Source of the DNA: Gemmatimonadota bacterium
Lineage (GTDB): Bacteria; Gemmatimonadota; Gemmatimonadetes; Longimicrobiales; Gaopeijiaceae
NCBI GenBank assembly: GCA_007121555.1
Contig: SKKH01000022.1
Coordinates: 130 to 64,129 of the forward strand
Direction of reading: 5' to 3'
Length of the DNA: 64,000 nucleotides
In this document: piece after piece, positions 22,006-30,825 of the stretch
Numbering within the stretch: the stretch's first letter is position 1
Layout: the number at the start of each line of letters is the position of its first letter
Position numbers and translations under genes: made by a program
The notes under the pieces: model-generated
What the model saw: only the letters and a program-made list of their open reading frames with translations
Databases searched by the model: none
Told to the model about the DNA's origin: nothing

Positions 22006-22479
22006 TCAGGGTCGCTTGAGGAGGGCCACTGCATGGACTGCCAGCCCTGTCCCGGCGCCCTCCCACCCCATGCCTTCGTTGGTCTTTCCCTTGACTGAAA
22101 CCGCCTGGGGAGTCGTGCGAAGGACGGCGGCCAGCGATCGCCTGATTCGGAGTGCCACCGGACCTATGCGAGGCTTCTCACAGATCACGGTGAGGTCCAC
22201 GTTTCCCACCGCGAAACCGGCTTCCTCGACCATGGACACCGCCTTGCGGAGGAGCTCCATGGAGTCGGCTCCCCGCCACCTTTCGTCGCCAGGCGGGAAG
22301 TGGGCCCCGATATCCCCGAGGGCCGCAGCTCCGAGGATGGCATCGGTCACGGCGTGGGCCACCGCGTCGCCGTCGGAGAAGCCCGCGAGGCCCGGACTGT
22401 CGGGAATCTCCACCCCTCCCAGGATGCACGTCCGGTCGGGGTCGAAAGAATGGGAATCATAGCCGAATCCAATCCGCAT
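22006..22479 (-). CDS. ispF: 2-C-methyl-D-erythritol 2,4-cyclodiphosphate synthase
   Basis: MRIGFGYDSHSF, SDGDAVAHAVTDAILGAAALGDIG. ATG at 22479; the longer track ORF is not supported. Confidence 0.9.
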   Translation of the reverse strand: MRIGFGYDSHSFDPDRTCILGGVEIPDSPGLAGFSDGDAVAHAVTDAILGAAALGDIGAHFPPGDERWRGADSMELLRKAVSMVEEAGFAVGNVDLTVICEKPRIGPVALRIRRSLAAVLRTTPQAVSVKGKTNEGMGWEGAGTGLAVHAVALLKRP

Positions 22480-22504
22480 CTCAGACTCCCCTAAACGGCT
22501 CGAG

Positions 22505-23776
22505 TCACCCGTCGTCCCACCTTCGGAAGGCCAGGCACACGTTGTGTCCCCCGAATCCGAAGGAGTTGGACAGTGCAAGGCGAACCGGCCGCTCTCGCGC
22601 GCCGTCGGAGGCGTAGTCCAGGTCACACTCCGGGTCCGCCTCCCGAAGATTGATCGTGGGAGGAATGATCCCTTCCCTGCAGACCATGAGTGAGATGATC
22701 CCCTCCACCGCCCCTGCGGCCCCCAGGAGGTGGCCGGTCATGGATTTCGTGGATCCCACCACCACTGAATCCGCCCGGTCTCCCAGCACCGACCTGATCG
22801 CCGCGGATTCGGTCCGATCGTTGTGGGGGGTCGAGGTGCCGTGGGCGTTGACGTAGTCCACCTCGTCAGGGGTGGCCCCTGCGTCGTCCAGCGCCATTCG
22901 CATGGCCACCTGGGCCCCCTCTCCATCCGGTGACGGCGCTGTGATGTGGTAAGCGTCGGCCGAAAGCCCGTACCCGGCCACCTGGCCCAGAATCGTAGCG
23001 CCCCGCGCCTCGGCGACTTCACGAGCCTCGAGCACGAGGCCCCCTGCCCCCTCCCCCATCACGAACCCATCTCGTGTGTTGTCAAAGGGGCGGCTGGCAG
23101 ATTCGGGTTCATCGTTCCGGGTCGACATGGCCTTCATGGCCGCGAAGCCCGCGATGGTGAGGGGCGTGATCGTAGCCTCGGTACCTCCGGCGATCATCAC
23201 GTCGGCATCCCCGCGCTCGATGGTCCGAAAGGCCTCACCGATGGCGTGAGCCGAAGATGCGCAGGCGGACACCGTGGTATAGTTCGCACCCTTCGCTCCG
23301 TACCGGATCGAAATGAGTCCGGGAGCGATGTCGGGGATGAACATGGGTACGAAGAAGGGGCTTACCCGACCGGGACCCCGGTCCAGGAGGATCTTGCACT
23401 GTTCCTCGAAGGTCCCGATCCCTCCGATGCCACTCCCGATGATCACCCCGAACTTGTGGTCGGGAACGCCCTCGGGAGCCCCCTCCAGACCGGCGTGCCG
23501 CATGGCCTCGTCGGCCGCCACCACGGCGAACTGCGCAAACCGGTCGAAGCGACGGATTTCCTTCGCTTCGAGCACGCCGGAAGGATCGAATCCCTTCACC
23601 TCACAGGCGATCTTGGTGGGATAGTCATCGTCCACCTCGAAGTGGCTGATGAGCCCCCCTCCAGAATCTCCCCGGAGGAGGGCGGCCCAGGACGTCGGTG
23701 CGTCCAGACCGACCGGGGTGACCAGCCCGACCCCGGTGACTACGACCTCTCGCCTTGATCCGTTCTTCATCGCCAT
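22505..23776 (-). CDS. fabF: 3-oxoacyl-ACP synthase II
   Basis: REVVVTGVGLVTP, the active-site region VSACASSAHAIG, HGTSTPHND, and GHLLGAAG. Confidence 0.9.
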   Translation of the reverse strand: MAMKNGSRREVVVTGVGLVTPVGLDAPTSWAALLRGDSGGGLISHFEVDDDYPTKIACEVKGFDPSGVLEAKEIRRFDRFAQFAVVAADEAMRHAGLEGAPEGVPDHKFGVIIGSGIGGIGTFEEQCKILLDRGPGRVSPFFVPMFIPDIAPGLISIRYGAKGANYTTVSACASSAHAIGEAFRTIERGDADVMIAGGTEATITPLTIAGFAAMKAMSTRNDEPESASRPFDNTRDGFVMGEGAGGLVLEAREVAEARGATILGQVAGYGLSADAYHITAPSPDGEGAQVAMRMALDDAGATPDEVDYVNAHGTSTPHNDRTESAAIRSVLGDRADSVVVGSTKSMTGHLLGAAGAVEGIISLMVCREGIIPPTINLREADPECDLDYASDGARERPVRLALSNSFGFGGHNVCLAFRRWDDG

Positions 23777-23821
23777 CGCACCCCCACCCGAGTGACCCGT
23801 ATCGCCCGTGAACGATCTACC

Positions 23822-24064
23822 TCAGGAATCGGTATTCTTCTCCAGGTAGGACACGGCCTCGCCCACGGTCCGCATCTGCTCGGCGTCCTCATCGGGGATG
23901 TCGAGTCCGAACTCCTCCTCGAAGGCCATGACGAGTTCGACCGTGTCCAGGGAGTCGGCTCCCAGATCCTCCACGAAGGAGGCCTCGGTGGTGACCTTCT
24001 CGGCCTCCACGCCCAACTCGTTCACGATGATCTCCTTGACCCTTGCCGCGATGCTGTCCGCCAT
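23822..24064 (-). CDS. acpP: Acyl carrier protein
   Basis: 80 aa with the [20 protein letters not shown] phosphopantetheine attachment motif. Confidence 0.95.
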   Translation of the reverse strand: MADSIAARVKEIIVNELGVEAEKVTTEASFVEDLGADSLDTVELVMAFEEEFGLDIPDEDAEQMRTVGEAVSYLEKNTDS

Positions 24065-24115
24065 ACTCTACCTCGTTCGTTGATGATGTAGTGGTGAAGT
24101 GCTCGTCGAGGGGAT

Positions 24116-24856
24116 TCAGTTCACCATGCCCCCATCGACGGCCAGAACCTGCCCGGTAATGTAGCGAGCCGCCGGGCCGGCGAGAAAGCGGGCCACTCCC
24201 GCGATGTCGTCCGGAGTGCCGAGCCGCCCCAGAGGAATGCGCTCCTGAAGGGCGGCGGTCTGCTTCTCATCCAGCTCCCCGGTCATGTCGGTCTCGATGT
24301 AACCAGGGGCGATCGCGTTGCACCGGATGTTCCGGGAGGCCAGCTCCCTGGCGACGCTTCGAGTGAATCCGAGAAGCCCCGCCTTGGAGGCGGCATAGTT
24401 GGACTGACCCGGGTTTCCCATGAGCCCCACGACGGAGCTGATGTTCAGGATCACACCCTCCCGACGCTTCATCATCCCTCGAGTGAGTGCCCGGGTCATG
24501 TTGAAGGCTCCCTTGAGGTTGACCTGCATGACCTCATCCCAATCCTCGTCTTTCAGGCGGAGGAGGATGTTGTCCCGGGTGATCCCTGCGTTGTTGACCA
24601 GGATGCCGACGGGACCCAGCTGTGATTCCACAGCGGATACGACAGCCGTCACCTCGTCCACTGAGGCCACGTCGCAGGAGAATCCTTCATGCCCTTCACC
24701 GGTCAGGGACCGGGCAGCCTCTCGTGCCCGATCACCGTTTCGTCCGATCACCGCGACCCTGGCCCCCCCTTCGGACAGCGCGTTCGCGATCCCCAATCCG
24801 ATTCCCCGGGACCCCCCGGTGACCAGCGCGACCTGCCCGTCGAGTTCCTGATTCAT
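24116..24856 (-). CDS. fabG: 3-oxoacyl-ACP reductase (SDR)
   Basis: ALVTGGSRGIG, NNAG, and YAASKAG motifs. ATG at 24856 (MNQELDG). Confidence 0.9.
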   Translation of the reverse strand: MNQELDGQVALVTGGSRGIGLGIANALSEGGARVAVIGRNGDRAREAARSLTGEGHEGFSCDVASVDEVTAVVSAVESQLGPVGILVNNAGITRDNILLRLKDEDWDEVMQVNLKGAFNMTRALTRGMMKRREGVILNISSVVGLMGNPGQSNYAASKAGLLGFTRSVARELASRNIRCNAIAPGYIETDMTGELDEKQTAALQERIPLGRLGTPDDIAGVARFLAGPAARYITGQVLAVDGGMVN

Positions 24857-24971
24857 CCCCACTCCCATCGCCTCCGGTTCGATTCCCGGTCCGGAGTGTC
24901 CGGACCCTCGATGTCTCAATCCTGATTTTCCGGATTACACGTCTCGACGACGCGGCTTCCGGTATCCTTCC

Positions 24972-25907
24972 CTATTTCTCACTCTCCTCGTGCCAGGCCC
25001 GGACCTCGGAAGGCATCCCCACCGATGCGGTGGGGATCTCCCGAGCGATCCTTCGATTCAGCCCTCGGAGCACGGAGCCGGGTCCGATCTCCACGAACCT
25101 CGAGACCCCCGCCTCGACCATCCCGGAAACGGACGAGGCCCAGAGAACCGGAGAGGTGAGTTGGTCTACCAGAAGTCGTCGAGCCTCCTCCGCCTCGGTC
25201 ACCGGCTCCGCCGTCACGTTCGAGATGATCGGGAACGCAGGTCGATGGAAGCTGATTCCCTGAAGATGACTGCGCAATCCCTCCCGTGCGGGCTCCATCA
25301 GGGGCGAGTGGAAGGCACCCGACACGTTGAGCGGTACGACCCGCCGTGCCCCCGCCTCCCCAGCCTGCTCCATGGCCCTCTCCACGGCGTCCAGATCACC
25401 GGAGATGACGATCTGTCCCGGCGAGTTCACATTCGCCGTGACGACCACCGACTCTTCGGTGGAAACCCGTTCGCAAAGCCGGGCCACCTCGTCATCCTCC
25501 ATCCCCAGTATCGCCGCCATCGTCCCCGGGCGGGCCTCGCCGGCCTCGAACATGAGCTCCCCGCGACGACGGACCGCCTGGAGGGCATCCCCGAAGGAGA
25601 GGGTCCCCGCAGCCACATGGGCAGAGAATTCCCCAAGGGAGTGGCCCGCAGCCATGGAAGCCGACCGGAGCCGGGGCCCCATCACCCGAGTCACGGCCAC
25701 GGAATGGGTCAGAAGCGCCGGTTGGGCGTTTCGGGTCTGGACGAGCTCATCCTCGGGCCCTTCCCACATGATCCGAGAGAGGGGAAGGCCTAGCACTTCA
25801 TCCGCTTCACGGAAGGTGCGGGCAGCCTCTTCGAACTCCAGGGCCAGGGCTCGACCCATCCCTACTTCCTGAGAACCCTGACCGGGAAAGAGAAGGGCTA
25901 GAGACAT
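24972..25907 (-). CDS. fabD: Malonyl CoA-ACP transacylase
   Basis: LLFPGQGSQEVGMG and GHSLGEFSA motifs. ATG at 25907. Confidence 0.9.
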   Translation of the reverse strand: MSLALLFPGQGSQEVGMGRALALEFEEAARTFREADEVLGLPLSRIMWEGPEDELVQTRNAQPALLTHSVAVTRVMGPRLRSASMAAGHSLGEFSAHVAAGTLSFGDALQAVRRRGELMFEAGEARPGTMAAILGMEDDEVARLCERVSTEESVVVTANVNSPGQIVISGDLDAVERAMEQAGEAGARRVVPLNVSGAFHSPLMEPAREGLRSHLQGISFHRPAFPIISNVTAEPVTEAEEARRLLVDQLTSPVLWASSVSGMVEAGVSRFVEIGPGSVLRGLNRRIAREIPTASVGMPSEVRAWHEESEK

Positions 25908-26031
25908 GAGTGGGACTCCCAGTGTGTGGCTCGACTCCGAACGGATCTTCGAGGGACCCACCCCTGATCCGATCGGGGCGAGGGAGGATTCCGGGTGGAG
26001 GAAGGCCGAGCAGAGGAGAACAGAATAGAGA

Positions 26032-27018
26032 TCAGTCGAGGGACTCCGCGTGTTGGGAGAGGTCGCCGGCCATGTGGGCGACCATGCCCGACGACACGGC
26101 CTGGGAGGCCACTCGAATCGCGTTTCTGATGGCTTTCGGAGGAGAAGACCCGTGACAGATGATCGTAACCCCGTTCACGCCGAGGAGCGGGGCCCCCCCG
26201 TATTCGGAATAGTCCAACACCCGAAAGACCTCCTTCAGGTCGAAGTCGGCGCCTACCCTGTTCATTTCTCGACTCAGCAGGCCGATCACGAACTCGGCCA
26301 CGGACTCGTAGAACTTGAGAAGGACATTCCCCACGAAACCATCACAGACCAGGACGTCGCATGCGCCCTGGATGATGTCCCGCCCCTCGACGTTCCCGAC
26401 GAAATGAAGGCCGCTGCCCGCCAGCAGGGCATGCGCTTCGAGGGCGAGCTCGTCACCCTTTTCGGGCTCCTCACCGATGTTCAGGAGGGCCACCCGAGGC
26501 CGTTCCACACCCATGAGATCCTGAGCGTAGATGTCGCCCAGCCGGGCGAACTGAAGGAGGTGGAGGGGCTTGCAGTCCACGTTGGCTCCGGCATCCAGCA
26601 TCAGGGTTGGAGCCCCTGCGGTGGGAAGGAGGGTCCCGATGGCAGGCCGGGCCACACCAGGGAGGGGACGAAGGAGAATCAGCGATGCCGCCATCACGGC
26701 CCCGGTGGAACCCGCGCTGACGAAGGCGTCGACTTCCCCCTCCTTCTGCAGACGGACCCCCCGGACGATTGAGGAGTCTGGACGACGGCGCACGGCGGAC
26801 GCGGGGGAGTCGCCAGGGCCGATGACCTCAGGCGCGTGGACCACCTCGACGCGACCTTCGAAGTCACCGGAGTGACCGCTCAGCGCCGCCTCGATCTGTT
26901 CCTCGTCACCCACCAGAACAACAGTGAGATGATCCTGGTCCTCAAGGGCATCGAGGGCTCCGGCGATTTCGCTGGCCGGGGCCTCGTCGGTGCCCATCAC
27001 ATCGAGTGCAATTCGCAC
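26032..27018 (-). CDS. plsX: Phosphate acyltransferase
   Basis: MRIALDVMGTDEAP and the GFVGNVLLK motif. Confidence 0.9.
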   Translation of the reverse strand: MRIALDVMGTDEAPASEIAGALDALEDQDHLTVVLVGDEEQIEAALSGHSGDFEGRVEVVHAPEVIGPGDSPASAVRRRPDSSIVRGVRLQKEGEVDAFVSAGSTGAVMAASLILLRPLPGVARPAIGTLLPTAGAPTLMLDAGANVDCKPLHLLQFARLGDIYAQDLMGVERPRVALLNIGEEPEKGDELALEAHALLAGSGLHFVGNVEGRDIIQGACDVLVCDGFVGNVLLKFYESVAEFVIGLLSREMNRVGADFDLKEVFRVLDYSEYGGAPLLGVNGVTIICHGSSPPKAIRNAIRVASQAVSSGMVAHMAGDLSQHAESLD

Positions 27019-27030
27019 GAGTCGCCCTCG

Positions 27031-27213
27031 TCAGTCGAGGTCGACCTCTAACACCTGCTCATCGCGATAGAACCCACAGGTGGGGCACACCCGGTGAGGC
27101 TGCTTGGGGTCACCGCAGCGGTTGCACTCGTGGGTCACCACGGCGGCGGCCTTGTAATGGGTCCGCCGCTTCCGCTGACGCTGCTTTGACGTACGCTTCT
27201 TGGGGACTGCCAT
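27031..27213 (-). CDS. rpmF: 50S ribosomal protein L32
   Basis: MAVPKKRTSKQRQRKRRTHYK and the zinc-ribbon CNRCGDPKQPHRVCPTCG. Confidence 0.95.
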   Translation of the reverse strand: MAVPKKRTSKQRQRKRRTHYKAAAVVTHECNRCGDPKQPHRVCPTCGFYRDEQVLEVDLD

Positions 27214-27225
27214 GGAACTCCTCCT

Positions 27226-27750
27226 CTAGTCTTCCTTTAGTGCCCGGAGAGCATCCCAACGGGGGTCGGGTTCCTCCAGGGTGCAGTCGCAACTTTCCTC
27301 GTTTCGGTCGATGCCGCACCGGGGGCAGAGCCCCTGGCAGTCTTCTCGGCAGACGACGAACCTGGGAGTGGCCAGGACCAATTCCTCCCGGACCGCTGGA
27401 CCCATATCCAGCGAACCGACGCCCAACTCGAGCACCCGGATTTCGCCCTGCTCCTCGTCCTCCTCCTCGCCTGGAAACTCGTCCCGCGGAGCCCACACGA
27501 GGGCGAGGTCCTCATGAAGTTCGGGAACGACCTCGACGAGGCAGCGTCGACATTCGAATCTCATCTTCGCCTCGACGGACCCGCGCGCCAACACCTGACC
27601 CGTAGCCGTCGCACTCACCGACAGATCCACGGACACCGGACCCGCCAGGGGCAGATCCACCCCTTCCCACAGCGGGTCCGTTGCTTCTATCTCCCGAACG
27701 ATCCGGATCGTTCCCTCTCGATCCAGATCCATTAGATTCACCCTGAGCAT
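27226..27750 (-). CDS. yceD: YceD/DUF177 family protein (23S rRNA accumulation protein)
   Basis: Conserved position upstream of rpmF-plsX. C-terminal CREDCQGLCPRCGIDRNEESCDC motif. Start uncertain: ATG at 27750 or 27732, or the track GTG at 27807. Confidence 0.7.
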   Translation of the reverse strand: MLRVNLMDLDREGTIRIVREIEATDPLWEGVDLPLAGPVSVDLSVSATATGQVLARGSVEAKMRFECRRCLVEVVPELHEDLALVWAPRDEFPGEEEDEEQGEIRVLELGVGSLDMGPAVREELVLATPRFVVCREDCQGLCPRCGIDRNEESCDCTLEEPDPRWDALRALKED

Positions 27751-27886
27751 AGACCAAGAAAGATCGGTTCTTAGTCGCCTCATGTCAATGATCTGACGGG
27801 TCTTCACTCTTTGTTGGGGCTAGTGACCAGCAGTCTGATCGGAAAGGGGGGCGAGCCGCATTGCGGACGCCACGGAATTCCCCGGT

Positions 27887-28060
27887 AGGCGGGCAACCGC
27901 AGGCATAGCGAACGAGCTGCGTCCAGGCGAGCCGACGCCGGAGGCGGCCGCCCGCCGCCCCAACCGAGCGGCTGATGACGCAGCAGTGCGCAGCGCCTGG
28001 GCGCTTCGCCCGCGAGACCTCCGAGCACTGCACAGGAGAACCCGAAGGGCGTCGGGGCGG
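27887..28060 (+). repeat. Copy 1 of a conserved noncoding repeat (core 27954-28045)
   Basis: Hand alignment to 58657-58842. The 92-nt core differs from copy 2 by 4 substitutions and 1 single-base indel; the flanks are about 80 percent similar. Lies in the 375-bp gap between ackA and the yceD operon. Confidence 0.8.
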
Positions 28061-28152
28061 TGCGGCCCTGGATCGTCGTTGGAGCCCCTTGCCGATGCAC
28101 GGCGGCATCGCCTTCAGGGCTGTGCCTCGCCCAGGGCCGCAAGACCCCGACG

Positions 28153-28186
28153 CGGCGGTCGCTCCTGTTCTTCAACAGCCTTCTAA
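28153..28186 (-). repeat. 34-nt module TTAGAAGGCTGTTGAAGAACAGGAGCGACCGCCG (minus strand), identical to 58597-58630
   Basis: Exact 34/34 match read by eye. Its TAG is the ackA stop codon. Confidence 0.85.
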
Positions 28187-29412
28187 GGAAGATCCGGAGT
28201 GTCCTTGGATCGATCCCCTCCGGTCACACGCTCCGTCTCCCTGGCGATGGTGATCTCCTCTCCACTCCGGATCACCAGGAGGGGGAGCCCGCCCCCTCCA
28301 AAGTTTCCCTCCCTTCCTCCCGTGAGCATCCCGTTCGCCTCCTCCTCGACCTGCACGTTCAGAAAGTCCAGACCCAGGAGGCACCGCGCACGTATTCCAG
28401 GTGCGTTCTCTCCCACCCCGCCGGTGAACGCAACCGCGTCGACCCCGCCGAGAGCCGCCGCATACGCCCCAATATATTTCCGCACCCGGTATGTGTAGAC
28501 GTCCAGCGCCAATCGCGCCCGTTCCCGGCCCGCATCCTCCTCCTCGAGGAGGTCCCGCATGTCCCCCGAAATGCCGGATAGCCCCAGAAGGCCTGAGTGC
28601 TTGTTGAGCATGGCGCCCACGTTGCCGGCGGTGAGCTCCTCCCGCGCCATCACATGGAGGAGGACCGAGGGATCCAGGTCACCGGACCGACTTCCCATGA
28701 CCAGTCCTTCGAGGGGAGTGAACCCCATCGAAGTGTCGACGGAACGCCCGCCCAGGATGGCGCAGGCGCTGGCGCCATTTCCCAGATGGAGAGAAATGAT
28801 GCGAAGGTCGGTGGGATCGCGGTCCAGAAGGCGGGGAGCCTTCCTCGACACATGGCGGTGGCTCGTGCCGTGGAACCCGTACCGGCGAATCCTGTGTCGA
28901 CGGTAGAGTGCGTAGGGAATCGCGTAATGATACGCGTGCTCCGGGAGGGAGGCGTGGAAGGCCGTATCGAAGACCGCCACATGCGGAATCCCCCCCAGCC
29001 GACCCCGGGCGGCACGGATTCCCACCAGGTTGTGAGGGTTGTGAAGGGGCGCGAGGTCGATGCAGTCACGGATGCCTTCTTCCACTGCCTCGTCGATCAC
29101 CGCGGACTCGGTAAAGGCCTCCCCACCATGAACGACACGATGTCCAACGGCATCCAGCTCCTCGGGAGAGGTCAGCGCGCCACGTTCCGGGTCCACCAGC
29201 AGGTCCAGGATCGCGCCGACGGCATCGCGGTGATCCAGGATCGACCCCGATTCCTTCACCCGAAGTCCATCGGAGGTACGGTGCTGGGTCAGGACGGCGG
29301 CTCCGCTCCCGATGCGCTCCACCTGGCCGACCACGAGCGTGGCATCGTGGGCCGTGTCGATGACCTGGTACTTCACCGACGATGAGCCTGAGTTGAGGAC
29401 GAGGACCTTCAT
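28183..29412 (-). CDS. ackA: Acetate kinase
   Basis: MKVLVLNSGSSSVKYQV, HRVVHGG, GFHGTSH, and FTGGVGEN motifs. Confidence 0.9.
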   Translation of the reverse strand: MKVLVLNSGSSSVKYQVIDTAHDATLVVGQVERIGSGAAVLTQHRTSDGLRVKESGSILDHRDAVGAILDLLVDPERGALTSPEELDAVGHRVVHGGEAFTESAVIDEAVEEGIRDCIDLAPLHNPHNLVGIRAARGRLGGIPHVAVFDTAFHASLPEHAYHYAIPYALYRRHRIRRYGFHGTSHRHVSRKAPRLLDRDPTDLRIISLHLGNGASACAILGGRSVDTSMGFTPLEGLVMGSRSGDLDPSVLLHVMAREELTAGNVGAMLNKHSGLLGLSGISGDMRDLLEEEDAGRERARLALDVYTYRVRKYIGAYAAALGGVDAVAFTGGVGENAPGIRARCLLGLDFLNVQVEEEANGMLTGGREGNFGGGGLPLLVIRSGEEITIARETERVTGGDRSKDTPDLP

Positions 29413-30371
29413 GAATCGACCTCTCCATCCAAGTCGCCTTCGTGACCGAAGAATCGATCCAGAGGAGGCTCGGTGAGATCCTCGGGCCCCTTGCTCCGTT
29501 GTCCGGTCTCATCGTAGAGATAGAATCCCCGACCAGACTTTTCGCCGTACCACCCTTCGTTCACCATCCGACGCAGAAGGGGCGCCGGTCTGAACTGTTC
29601 GGCACCGAGCCCCCGGGAAAGGGACTCCAGGGCCCGGTAGATGGAATCCAAGCCGATCTCGTCGGCCAGGGCGAGGGGGCCATGGGAAGATCCGAGTCGG
29701 AGCTTCATTGCTCGGTCCACGGCATCCCGGGTCGCCACTCCTTCCATGACCAGGTGGATCGCCTCGTTGATCAGGGTCAGGGTGAGTCGGCTCGTCACGT
29801 ATCCGGGATACTCGGCCACCTCCATGACCTCTTTGTCCAACCGTCGGGCTACCCGCCGGGCCATGGCTTCGGCTTCGGCCCCGGTCTCCCGGCCCCTCAC
29901 GAGCTCCACCAGGGAGACCCGGGCCACCGGATGGAGGAAGTGGAGTCCCACGACGCGCGCCCTTCGCGGGGCGGACACCGCCTCTGCCAGTGCCGTGATG
30001 GAGAGGGTGGACGTGTTCAGGAGAAAGGTGCATTCCGGGGGAGCCTGCCGATCCAGTTCGGCGAGGAGGGCAGCCTTCTCCTTGAAGTCCTCGGTCGCGC
30101 AGTCGAAGAGGGCCTGCACTCCGGAGAGGTCCGGCGTGCCCACCCTGCCCTGGATCCGTCCCAGGGCGGCGTCCCGCTCCGATTCGGTCAGGGACCATCG
30201 AGCGATGTCCCGGTCCATGGCCTCCCGAAGCCCGCGAAGCGCATTGTCCAGTGTCCGGCTGGTGCGCTCGGTGAGGATCACCTCCACCCCGGCGGACGCC
30301 AGGACCCGGGCCAGACCCCGACCCGACGTGCCCGCACCGATCACGGCGACGTGTTGGAGTTCTTCAGCCAT
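29409..30371 (-). CDS. 3-hydroxyacyl-CoA / 3-hydroxybutyryl-CoA dehydrogenase
   Basis: Rossmann VAVIGAGTSGRGLA and a 3HCDH C-terminal domain (GYVTSRL, GPLALADEIGLD). Stop overlaps the ackA start as ATGA. Confidence 0.8.
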   Translation of the reverse strand: MAEELQHVAVIGAGTSGRGLARVLASAGVEVILTERTSRTLDNALRGLREAMDRDIARWSLTESERDAALGRIQGRVGTPDLSGVQALFDCATEDFKEKAALLAELDRQAPPECTFLLNTSTLSITALAEAVSAPRRARVVGLHFLHPVARVSLVELVRGRETGAEAEAMARRVARRLDKEVMEVAEYPGYVTSRLTLTLINEAIHLVMEGVATRDAVDRAMKLRLGSSHGPLALADEIGLDSIYRALESLSRGLGAEQFRPAPLLRRMVNEGWYGEKSGRGFYLYDETGQRSKGPEDLTEPPLDRFFGHEGDLDGEVDS

Positions 30372-30394
30372 GGACGAAGCCCCGGGACGCAGGC

Positions 30395-30814
30395 TCAGAG
30401 AGAGAGAAGGTCGTGCTCGCTGAAGAAGAACGCGATCTCGTTGACCGCGTTCTCATTGGAATCCGAGGCGTGAATGGCGTTCCGCTCCTTGGATTCCGCG
30501 TAAAGCGCTCGCACCGTGCCCTCCTCGGCCTCGGCGGGATCCGTCGCTCCGATCACGGTTCGGAGAAGGGGGACGGCCCCTTCGGCCTCGAGGACCATGG
30601 GAACGACGGGTCCGGAGGTCATGAACGACACAAGGGATTCGAAGAAGGGCCGCTCCCGGTGAACTGCGTAGAATGCCCGCGCCTGGGCGGGGTTCAGGCG
30701 AGTCATCCGGAGGGCAACGGGTTTGAACCCCTTGTCCTCGAGGAGGGTCAGGATCGCGCCGGCTCGACCTGCGGCCACGGCGTCGGGCTTGATGATGGCA
30801 AGAGTACGGTTCAT
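30395..30814 (-). CDS. ndk: Nucleoside diphosphate kinase
   Basis: MNRTLAIIKPDAV, and the NAIHASDS active-site histidine motif. Confidence 0.95.
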   Translation of the reverse strand: MNRTLAIIKPDAVAAGRAGAILTLLEDKGFKPVALRMTRLNPAQARAFYAVHRERPFFESLVSFMTSGPVVPMVLEAEGAVPLLRTVIGATDPAEAEEGTVRALYAESKERNAIHASDSNENAVNEIAFFFSEHDLLSL

Positions 30815-30825
30815 TCTGAACTTCC

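Noticed and set aside
25908-26031. Absence of fabH between plsX and fabD, and absence of pta next to ackA.
   Set aside because: A missing gene within one window is not evidence that it is missing from the genome. The 124-bp gap shows no remnant of a gene.
27887-28060. Diversity-generating retroelement (template/variable repeat pair) as an explanation for the two similar roughly 170-nt segments.
   Set aside because: The differences are not adenine-specific. Neither copy lies inside a coding 3' end. No reverse transcriptase gene is present in the window.
27975-28253. Small ORFs starting MTQQ(C/R)AAPG inside both repeat copies (27975-28253 and 58745-58960).
   Set aside because: A 1-nt indel between the copies shifts the frame after about 10 codons, so the two products share nothing further. 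Conservation is at the nucleotide level, not the protein level.
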